Source: Eledone cirrhosa (Eukaryota). From it: a stretch of 64,000 nt of DNA. Position numbers and translations under genes: made by a program. Below, in pieces: positions 51,201-62,700 of this stretch; the first letter of the stretch is position 1; the number at the start of each line of letters is the position of its first letter. The DNA lies in contig OZ024740.1 of assembly GCA_964016885.1 (NCBI GenBank), forward strand, positions 107,508,001-107,572,000, written 5' to 3'. The notes beneath the pieces were generated by a model. The model ran no database searches. It had not been told where the DNA came from and saw nothing but the letters and a program-made list of their open reading frames with translations.

Positions 51201-54200
51201 AGTGGCTGGGTGAGAGGAGTAGAGCTAGTAATGAATGTTGTGAAGAGAAATGGAATAAGATGGTTGGGCCATGTATTGAGGAAAGATGACAGTGGCTGGG
51301 TGAGAGGAGTAGAGCCAGTAATGAATGTTGTGAAGAGAAATGGAATAAGATGGTTGGGCCATGTATTGAGGAAAAATGACAGTGGCTGGGTGAGAGGAGT
51401 AATGAATGTTGTGAAGAGAAATGGAATAAGATGGTTGGGCCATGTATTGAGGAAAGATGACAGTGGCTGGGTGAGAGGAGTAGAGCCAGTAATGAATGTT
51501 GTGAAGAGAAATGGAATAAGATGGTTGGGCCATGTATTGAGGAAAAATGACAGTGGCTGGGTGAGAGGAGTAATGAATGTTGTGAAGAGAAATGGAATAA
51601 GATGGTTGGGCCATGTATTGAGGAAAGATGACAGTGGCTGGGTGAGAGGAGTAGAGCCAGTAATGAATGTTGTGAAGAGAAATGGAATAAGATGGTTGGG
51701 CCATGTATTGAGGAAAGATGACAGTGGCTGGGTGAGAGGAGTAATGAATGTTGTGAAGAGAAATGGAATAAGATGGTTGGGCCATGTATTGAGGAAAAAT
51801 GACAGTGGCTGGGTGAGAGGAGTAATGAATGTTGTGAAGAGAAATGGAATAAGATGGTTGGGCCATGTATTGAGGAAAAATGACAGTGGCTGGGTGAGAG
51901 GAGTAATGAATGTTGTGAAGAGAAATGGAATAAGATGGTTGGGCCATGTATTGAGGAAAGATGACAGTGGCTGGGTGAGAGGAGTAATGAATGTTGTGAA
52001 GAGAAATGGAATAAGATGGTTGGGCCATGTATTGAGGAAAGATGACAGTGGCTGGGTGAGAGGAGTAGAGCCAGTAATGAATGTTGTGAAGAGAAATGGA
52101 ATAAGATGGTTGGGCCATGTATTGAGGAAAAATGACAGTGGCTGGGTGAGAGGAGTAATGAATGTTGTGAAGAGAAATGGAATAAGATGGTTGGGCCATG
52201 TATTGAGGAAAAATGACAGTGGCTGGGTGAGAGGAGTAGAGACAGTAATGAATGTTGTGAAGAGAAATGGAATAAGATGGTTGGGCCATGTATTGAGGAA
52301 AAATGACAGTGGCTGGGTGAGTGGAGTAGAGCCAGTAATGAATGTTGTGAAGAGAAATGGAATAAGATGGTTGGGCCATGTATTGAGGAAAGATGACAGT
52401 GGCTGGGTGAGAGGAGTAATGAATGTTGTGAAGAGAAATGGAATAAGATGGTTGGGCCATGTATTGAGGAAAGATGACAGTGGCTGGGTGAGAGGAGTAG
52501 AGCCAGTAATGAATGTTGTGAAGAGAAATGGAATAAGATGGTTGGGCCATGTATTGAGGAAAGGTGACAGTGGCTGGGTGAGAGGAGTAGAGCCAGTAAT
52601 GAATGTTGTGAAGAGAAATGGAATAAGATGGTTGGGCCATGTATTGAGGAAAAATGACAGTGGCTGGGTGAGAGGAGTAATGAATGTTGTGAAGAGAAAT
52701 GGAATAAGATGGTTGGGCCATGTATTGAGGAAAGATGACAGTGGCTGGGTGAGAGGAGTAGAGCCAGTAATGAATGTTGTGAAGAGAAATGGAATAAGAT
52801 GGTTGGGCCATGTATTGAGGAAAAATGACAGTGGCTGGGTGAGAGGAGTAATGAATGTTGTGAAGAGAAATGGAATAAGATGGTTGGGCCATGTATTGAG
52901 GAAAGATGACAGTGGCTGGGTGAGAGGAGTAGAGCCAGTAATGAATGTTGTGAAGAGAAATGGAATAAGATGGTTGGGCCATGTATTGAGGAAAAATGAC
53001 AGTGGCTGGGTGAGAGGAGTAATGAATGTTGTGAAGAGAAATGGAATAAGATGGTTGGGCCATGTATTGAGGAAAAATGACAGTGGCTGGGTGAGAGGAG
53101 TAATGAATGTTGTGAAGAGAAATGGAATAAGATGGTTGGGCCATGTATTGAGGAAAGATGACAGTGGCTGGGTGAGAGGAGTAGAGCCAGTAATGAATGT
53201 TGTGAAGAGAAATGGAATAAGATGGTTGGGCCATGTATTGAGGAAAGATGACAGTGGCTGGGTGAGAGGAGTAGAGCCAGTAATGAATGTTGTGAAGAGA
53301 AATGGAATAAGATGGTTGGATCATGTATTGAGGAAAGATGACAGTGGCTGGGTGAGTGGAGTAGAGCCAGTAATGAATGTTGTGAAGAGAAATGGAATAA
53401 GATGGTTGGGCCATGTATTGAGGAAAGATGACAGTGGCTGGGTGAGAGGAGTAGAGCCAGTAATGAATGTTGTGAAGAGAAATGGAATAAGATGGTTGGG
53501 CCATGTATTGAGGAAAAATGACAGTGGCTGGGTGAGAGGAGTAATGAATGTTGTGAAGAGAAATGGAATAAGATGGTTGGGCCATGTATTGAGGAAAGAT
53601 GACAGTGGCTGGGTGAGAGGAGTAGAGCCAGTAATGAATGTTGTGAAGAGAAATGGAATAAGATGGTTGGGCCATGTATTGAGGAAAAATGACAGTGGCT
53701 GGGTGAGAGGAGTAGAGCCAGTAATGAATGTTGTGAAGAGAAATGGAATAAGATGGTTGGGCCATGTATTGAGGAAAAATGACAGTGGCTGGGTGAGAGG
53801 AGTAATGAATGTTGTGAAGAGAAATGGAATAAGATGGTTGGGCCATGTATTGAGGAAAGATGACAGTGGCTGGGTGAGAGGAGTAGAGCCAGTAATGAAT
53901 GTTGTGAAGAGAAATGGAATAAGATGGTTGGGCCATGTATTGAGGAAAAATGACAGTGGCTGGGTGAGAGGAGTAGAGCCAGTAATGAATGTTGTGAAGA
54001 GAAATGGAATAAGATGGTTGGGCCATGTATTGAGGAAAAATGACAGTGGCTGGGTGAGAGGAGTAGAGCCAGTAATGAATGTTGTGAAGAGAAATGGAAT
54101 AAGATGGTTGGGCCATGTATTGAGGAAAAATGACAGTGGCTGGGTGAGAGGAGTAATGAATGTTGTGAAGAGAAATGGAATAAGATGGTTGGGCCATGTA

Positions 54201-55259
54201 TTGAGGAAAGATGACAGTGGCTGGGTGAGAGGAGTAGAGCCAGTAATGAATGTTGTGAAGAGAAATGGAATAAGATGGTTGGGCCATGTATTGAGGAAAA
54301 ATGACAGTGGCTGGGTGAGAGGAGTAGAGCCAGTAATGAATGTTGTGAAGAGAAATGGAATAAGATGGTTGGGCCATGTATTGAGGAAAAATGACAGTGG
54401 CTGGGTGAGAGGAGTAATGAATGTTGTGAAGAGAAATGGAATAAGATGGTTGGGCCATGTATTGAGGAAAAATGACAGTGGCTGGGTGAGAGGAGTAGAG
54501 CCAGTAATGAATGTTGTGAAGAGAAATGGAATAAGATGGTTGGGCCATGTATTGAGGAAAAATGACAGTGGCTGGGTGAGAGGAGTAGAGCCAGTAATGA
54601 ATGTTGTGAAGAGAAATGGAATAAGATGGTTGGGCCATGTATTGAGGAAAAATGACAGTGGCTGGGTGAGAGGAGTAATGAATGTTGTGAAGAGAAATGG
54701 AATAAGATGGTTGGGCCATGTATTGAGGAAAGATGACAGTGGCTGGGTGAGAGGAGTAGAGCCAGTAATGAATGTTGTGAAGAGAAATGGAATAAGATGG
54801 TTGGGCCATGTATTGAGGAAAAATGACAGTGGCTGGGTGAGAGGAGTAGAGCCAGTAATGAATGTTGTGAAGAGAAATGGAATAAGATGGTTGGGCCATG
54901 TATTGAGGAAAAATGACAGTGGCTGGGTGAGAGGAGTAATGAATGTTGTGAAGAGAAATGGAATAAGATGGTTGGGCCATGTATTGAGGAAAAATGACAG
55001 TGGCTGGGTGAGAGGAGTAATGAATGTTGTGAAGAGAAATGGAATAAGATGGTTGGGCCATGTATTGAGGAAAGATGACAGTGGCTGGGTGAGAGGAGTA
55101 GAGCCAGTAATGAATGTTGTGAAGGGAAATGGAATAAGATGGTTGGGCCATGTATTGAGGAAAGATGACAGTGGCTGGGTGAGAGGAGTAGAGCCAGTAA
55201 TGAATGTTGTGAAGAGAAATGGAATAAGATGGTTGGGCCATGTATTGAGGAAAGATGAC

Positions 55260-56760
55260 AGTGGCTGGGTGAGAGGAGTAGAGCCAGTAATGAATGTTGT
55301 GAAGGGAAATGGAATAAGATGGTTGGGCCATGTATTGAGGAAAAATGACAGTGGCTGGGTGAGAGGAGTAATGAATGTTGTGAAGAGAAATGGAATAAGA
55401 TGGTTGGGCCATGTATTGAGGAAAGATGACAGTGGCTGGGTGAGTGGAGTAGAGCCAGTAATGAATGTTGTGAAGAGAAATGGAATAAGATGGTTGGGCC
55501 ATGTATTGAGGAAAAATGACAGTGGCTGGGTGAGAGGAGTAATGAATGTTGTGAAGAGAAATGGAATAAGATGGTTGGGCCATGTATTGAGGAAAGATGA
55601 CAGTGGCTGGGTGAGTGGAGTAGAGCCAGTAATGAATGTTGTGAAGAGAAATGGAATAAGATGGTTGGGCCATGTATTGAGGAAAGATGACAGTGGCTGG
55701 GTGAGAGGAGTAGAGCCAGTAATGAATGTTGTGAAGGGAAATGGAATAAGATGGTTGGGCCATGTATTGAGGAAAAATGACAGTGGCTGGGTGAGAGGAG
55801 TAATGAATGTTGTGAAGAGAAATGGAATAAGATGGTTGGGCCATGTATTGAGGAAAGATGACAGTGGCTGGGTGAGTGGAGTAGAGCCAGTAATGAATGT
55901 TGTGAAGAGAAATGGAATAAGATGGTTGGGCCATGTATTGAGGAAAGATGACAGTGGCTGGGTGAGAGGAGTAGAGCCAGTAATGAATGTTGTGAAGGGA
56001 AATGGAATAAGATGGTTGGGCCATGTATTGAGGAAAAATGACAGTGGCTGGGTGAGAGGAGTAATGAATGTTGTGAAGAGAAATGGAATAAGATGGTTGG
56101 GCCATGTATTGAGGAAAGATGACAGTGGCTGGGTGAGTGGAGTAGAGCCAGTAATGAATGTTGTGAAGAGAAATGGAATAAGATGGTTGGGCCATGTATT
56201 GAGGAAAAATGACAGTGGCTGGGTGAGAGGAGTAATGAATGTTGTGAAGAGAAATGGAATAAGATGGTTGGGCCATGTATTGAGGAAAGATGACAGTGGC
56301 TGGGTGAGTGGAGTAGAGCCAGTAATGAATGTTGTGAAGAGAAAGGGAATAAGATGGTTGGGCCATGTATTGAGGAAAGATGACAGTGGCTGGGTGAGAG
56401 GAGTAGAGCCAGTAATGAATGTTGTGAAGGGAAATGGAATAAGATGGTTGGGCCATGTATTGAGGAAAAATGACAGTGGCTGGGTGAGAGGAGTAATGAA
56501 TGTTGTGAAGAGAAATGGAATAAGATGGTTGGGCCATGTATTGAGGAAAGATGACAGTGGCTGGGTGAGTGGAGTAGAGCCAGTAATGAATGTTGTGAAG
56601 AGAAATGGAATAAGATGGTTGGGCCATGTATTGAGGAAAAATGACAGTGGCTGGGTGAGAGGAGTAGAGCCAGTAATGAATGTTGTGAAGGGAAATGGAA
56701 TAAGATGGTTGGGCCATGTATTGAGGAAAAATGACAGTGGCTGGGTGAGAGGAGTAATGA
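55260..56760 (+). repeat. 693-bp (8-monomer) higher-order repeat, about 2 copies
   Basis: The AAGGGA variant occurs at 55305, 55737, 55998, 56430 and 56691, alternating 432 and 261 bp. The period is 693 (5x90+3x81). Confidence 0.8.
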
Positions 56761-59700
56761 ATGTTGTGAAGAGAAATGGAATAAGATGGTTGGGCCATGT
56801 ATTGAGGAAAAATGACAGTGGCTGGGTGAGAGGAGTAGAGACAGTAATGAATGTTGTGAAGAGAAATGGAATAAGATGGTTGGGCCATGTATTGAGGAAA
56901 AATGACAGTGGCTGGGTGAGAGGAGTAGAGCCAGTAATGAATGTTGTGAAGAGAAATGGAATAAGATGGTTGGGCCATGTATTGAGGAAAAATGACAGTG
57001 GCTGGGTGAGAGGAGTAATGAATGTTGTGAAGAGAAATGGAATAAGATGGTTGGGCCATGTATTGAGGAAAAATGACAGTGGCTGGGTGAGAGGAGTAAT
57101 GAATGTTGTGAAGAGAAATGGAATAAGATGGTTGGGCCATGTATTGAGGAAAGATGACAGTGGCTGGGTGAGTGGAGTAGAGCCAGTAATGAATGTTGTG
57201 AAGAGAAATGGAATAAGATGGTTGGGCCATGTATTGAGGAAAAATGACAGTGGCTGGGTGAGAGGAGTAATGAATGTTGTGAAGAGAAATGGAATAAGAT
57301 GGTTGGGCCATGTATTGAGGAAAAATGACAGTGGCTGGGTGAGAGGAGTAATGAATGTTGTGAAGAGAAATGGAATAAGATGGTTGGGCCATGTATTGAG
57401 GAAAGATGACAGTGGCTGGGTGAGTGGAGTAGAGCCAGTAATGAATGTTGTGAAGAGAAATGGAATAAGATGGTTGGGCCATGTATTGAGGAAAAATGAC
57501 AGTGGCTGGGTGAGAGGAGTAATGAATGTTGTGAAGAGAAATGGAATAAGATGGTTGGGCCATGTATTGAGGAAAAATGACAGTGGCTGGGTGAGAGGAG
57601 TAATGAATGTTGTGAAGAGAAATGGAATAAGATGGTTGGGCCATGTATTGAGGAAAAATGACAGTGGCTGGGTGAGAGGAGTAATGAATGTTGTGAAGAG
57701 AAATGGAATAAGATGGTTGGGCCATGTATTGAGGAAAGATGACAGTGGCTGGGTGAGTGGAGTAGAGCCAGTAATGAATGTTGTGAAGAGAAATGGAATA
57801 AGATGGTTGGGCCATGTATTGAGGAAAAATGACAGTGGCTGGGTGAGAGGAGTAATGAATGTTGTGAAGAGAAATGGAATAAGATGGTTGGGCCATGTAT
57901 TGAGGAAAAATGACAGTGGCTGGGTGAGAGGAGTAATGAATGTTGTGAAGAGAAATGGAATAAGATGGTTGGGCCATGTATTGAGGAAAAATGACAGTGG
58001 CTGGGTGAGAGGAGTAATGAATGTTGTGAAGAGAAATGGAATAAGATGGTTGGGCCATGTATTGAGGAAAAATGACAGTGGCTGGGTGAGAGGAGTAATG
58101 AATGTTGTGAAGAGAAATGGAATAAGATGGTTGGGCCATGTATTGAGGAAAGATGACAGTGGCTGGGTGAGTGGAGTAGAGCCAGTAATGAATGTTGTGA
58201 AGAGAAATGGAATAAGATGGTTGGGCCATGTATTGAGGAAAAATGACAGTGGCTGGGTGAGAGGAGTAATGAATGTTGTGAAGAGAAATGGAATAAGATG
58301 GTTGGGCCATGTATTGAGGAAAAATGACAGTGGCTGGGTGAGAGGAGTAATGAATGTTGTGAAGAGAAATGGAATAAGATGGTTGGGCCATGTATTGAGG
58401 AAAGATGACAGTGGCTGGGTGAGTGGAGTAGAGCCAGTAATGAATGTTGTGAAGAGAAATGGAATAAGATGGTTGGGCCATGTATTGAGGAAAGATGACA
58501 GTGGCTGGGTGAGTGGAGTAGAGCCAGTAATGAATGTTGTGAAGAGAAATGGAATAAGATGGTTGGGCCATGTATTGAGGAAAAATGACAGTGGCTGGGT
58601 GAGAGGAGTAATGAATGTTGTGAAGAGAAATGGAATAAGATGGTTGGGCCATGTATTGAGGAAAAATGACAGTGGCTGGGTGAGAGGAGTAATGAATGTT
58701 GTGAAGAGAAATGGAATAAGATGGTTGGGCCATGTATTGAGGAAAAATGACAGTGGCTGGGTGAGAGGAGTAATGAATGTTGTGAAGAGAAATGGAATAA
58801 GATGGTTGGGCCATGTATTGAGGAAAGATGACAGTGGCTGGGTGAGTGGAGTAGAGCCAGTAATGAATGTTGTGAAGAGAAATGGAATAAGATGGTTGGG
58901 CCATGTATTGAGGAAAAATGACAGTGGCTGGGTGAGAGGAGTAATGAATGTTGTGAAGAGAAATGGAATAAGATGGTTGGGCCATGTATTGAGGAAAAAT
59001 GACAGTGGCTGGGTGAGAGGAGTAATGAATGTTGTGAAGAGAAATGGAATAAGATGGTTGGGCCATGTATTGAGGAAAGATGACAGTGGCTGGGTGAGTG
59101 GAGTAGAGCCAGTAATGAATGTTGTGAAGAGAAATGGAATAAGATGGTTGGGCCATGTATTGAGGAAAAATGACAGTGGCTGGGTGAGAGGAGTAATGAA
59201 TGTTGTGAAGAGAAATGGAATAAGATGGTTGGGCCATGTATTGAGGAAAAATGACAGTGGCTGGGTGAGAGGAGTAATGAATGTTGTGAAGAGAAATGGA
59301 ATAAGATGGTTGGGCCATGTATTGAGGAAAGATGACAGTGGCTGGGTGAGTGGAGTAGAGCCAGTAATGAATGTTGTGAAGAGAAATGGAATAAGATGGT
59401 TGGGCCATGTATTGAGGAAAGATGACAGTGGCTGGGTGAGTGGAGTAGAGCCAGTAATGAATGTTGTGAAGAGAAATGGAATAAGATGGTTGGGCCATGT
59501 ATTGAGGAAAAATGACAGTGGCTGGGTGAGAGGAGTAATGAATGTTGTGAAGAGAAATGGAATAAGATGGTTGGGCCATGTATTGAGGAAAAATGACAGT
59601 GGCTGGGTGAGAGGAGTAATGAATGTTGTGAAGAGAAATGGAATAAGATGGTTGGGCCATGTATTGAGGAAAAATGACAGTGGCTGGGTGAGAGGAGTAA

Positions 59701-61129
59701 TGAATGTTGTGAAGAGAAATGGAATAAGATGGTTGGGCCATGTATTGAGGAAAGATGACAGTGGCTGGGTGAGTGGAGTAGAGCCAGTAATGAATGTTGT
59801 GAAGAGAAATGGAATAAGATGGTTGGGCCATGTATTGAGGAAAAATGACAGTGGCTGGGTGAGAGGAGTAATGAATGTTGTGAAGAGAAATGGAATAAGA
59901 TGGTTGGGCCATGTATTGAGGAAAAATGACAGTGGCTGGGTGAGAGGAGTAATGAATGTTGTGAAGAGAAATGGAATAAGATGGTTGGGCCATGTATTGA
60001 GGAAAGATGACAGTGGCTGGGTGAGTGGAGTAGAGCCAGTAATGAATGTTGTGAAGAGAAATGGAATAAGATGGTTGGGCCATGTATTGAGGAAAAATGA
60101 CAGTGGCTGGGTGAGAGGAGTAATGAATGTTGTGAAGAGAAATGGAATAAGATGGTTGGGCCATGTATTGAGGAAAAATGACAGTGGCTGGGTGAGAGGA
60201 GTAATGAATGTTGTGAAGAGAAATGGAATAAGATGGTTGGGCCATGTATTGAGGAAAGATGACAGTGGCTGGGTGAGTGGAGTAGAGCCAGTAATGAATG
60301 TTGTGAAGAGAAATGGAATAAGATGGTTGGGCCATGTATTGAGGAAAAATGACAGTGGCTGGGTGAGAGGAGTAATGAATGTTGTGAAGAGAAATGGAAT
60401 AAGATGGTTGGGCCATGTATTGAGGAAAGATGACAGTGGCTGGGTGAGTGGAGTAGAGCCAGTAATGAATGTTGTGAAGAGAAATGGAATAAGATGGTTG
60501 GGCCATGTATTGAGGAAAAATGACAGTGGCTGGGTGAGAGGAGTAATGAATGTTGTGAAGAGAAATGGAATAAGATGGTTGGGCCATGTATTGAGGAAAA
60601 ATGACAGTGGCTGGGTGAGAGGAGTAATGAATGTTGTGAAGAGAAATGGAATAAGATGGTTGGGCCATGTATTGAGGAAAAATGACAGTGGCTGGGTGAG
60701 AGGAGTAATGAATGTTGTGAAGAGAAATGGAATAAGATGGTTGGGCCATGTATTGAGGAAAGATGACAGTGGCTGGGTGAGTGGAGTAGAGCCAGTAATG
60801 AATGTTGTGAAGAGAAATGGAATAAGATGGTTGGATCATGTATTGAGGAAAGATGACAGTGGCTGGGTGAGAGGAGTAGAGCCAGTAATGAATGTTGTGA
60901 AGAGAAATGGAATAAGATGGTTGGGCCATGTATTGAGGAAAGATGACAGTGGCTGGGTGAGTGGAGTAGAGCCAGTAATGAATGTTGTGAAGAGAAATGG
61001 AATAAGATGGTTGGGCCATGTATTGAGGAAAAATGACAGTGGCTGGGTGAGAGGAGTAATGAATGTTGTGAAGAGAAATGGAATAAGATGGTTGGGCCAT
61101 GTATTGAGGAAAAATGACAGTGGCTGGGT

Positions 61130-62700
61130 GAGAGGAGTAATGAATGTTGTGAAGAGAAATGGAATAAGATGGTTGGATCATGTATTGAGGAAAGATGACA
61201 GTGGCTGGGTGAGAGGAGTAGAGCCAGTAATGAATGTTGTGAAGAGAAATGGAATAAGATGGTTGGGCCATGTATTGAGGAAAGATGACAGTGGCTGGGT
61301 GAGTGGAGTAGAGCCAGTAATGAATGTTGTGAAGAGAAATGGAATAAGATGGTTGGGCCATGTATTGAGGAAAAATGACAGTGGCTGGGTGAGAGGAGTA
61401 ATGAATGTTGTGAAGAGAAATGGAATAAGATGGTTGGATCATGTATTGAGGAAAGATGACAGTGGCTGGGTGAGAGGAGTAGAGCCAGTAATGAATGTTG
61501 TGAAGAGAAATGGAATAAGATGGTTGGGCCATGTATTGAGGAAAGATGACAGTGGCTGGGTGAGTGGAGTAGAGCCAGTAATGAATGTTGTGAAGAGAAA
61601 TGGAATAAGATGGTTGGGCCATGTATTGAGGAAAAATGACAGTGGCTGGGTGAGAGGAGTAATGAATGTTGTGAAGAGAAATGGAATAAGATGGTTGGAT
61701 CATGTATTGAGGAAAGATGACAGTGGCTGGGTGAGAGGAGTAGAGCCAGTAATGAATGTTGTGAAGAGAAATGGAATAAGATGGTTGGGCCATGTATTGA
61801 GGAAAGATGACAGTGGCTGGGTGAGTGGAGTAGAGCCAGTAATGAATGTTGTGAAGAGAAATGGAATAAGATGGTTGGGCCATGTATTGAGGAAAAATGA
61901 CAGTGGCTGGGTGAGAGGAGTAATGAATGTTGTGAAGAGAAATGGAATAAGATGGTTGGATCATGTATTGAGGAAAGATGACAGTGGCTGGGTGAGAGGA
62001 GTAGAGCCAGTAATGAATGTTGTGAAGAGAAATGGAATAAGATGGTTGGGCCATGTATTGAGGAAAGATGACAGTGGCTGGGTGAGTGGAGTAGAGCCAG
62101 TAATGAATGTTGTGAAGAGAAATGGAATAAGATGGTTGGGCCATGTATTGAGGAAAAATGACAGTGGCTGGGTGAGAGGAGTAATGAATGTTGTGAAGAG
62201 AAGTGGAATAAGATGGTTGGATCATGTATTGAGGAAAGATGACAGTGGCTGGGTGAGAGGAGTAGAGCCAGTAATGAATGTTGTGAAGAGAAATGGAATA
62301 AGATGGTTGGGCCATGTATTGAGGAAAGATGACAGTGGCTGGGTGAGTGGAGTAGAGCCAGTAATGAATGTTGTGAAGAGAAATGGAATAAGATGGTTGG
62401 GCCATGTATTGAGGAAAAATGACAGTGGCTGGGTGAGAGGAGTAATGAATGTTGTGAAGAGAAATGGAATAAGATGGTTGGATCATGTATTGAGGAAAGA
62501 TGACAGTGGCTGGGTGAGAGGAGTAGAGCCAGTAATGAATGTTGTGAAGAGAAATGGAATAAGATGGTTGGGCCATGTATTGAGGAAAGATGACAGTGGC
62601 TGGGTGAGTGGAGTAGAGCCAGTAATGAATGTTGTGAAGAGAAATGGAATAAGATGGTTGGGCCATGTATTGAGGAAAAATGACAGTGGCTGGGTGAGAG
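61130..62700 (+). repeat. 261-bp trimeric higher-order repeat, 6 copies
   Basis: GATC occurs at 61176, 61437, 61698, 61959, 62220 and 62481, an exact 261-bp spacing (90+90+81). Each trimer is a GGATCAT unit, a GAGTGG unit and an AAAAAT 81-bp unit. Confidence 0.93.
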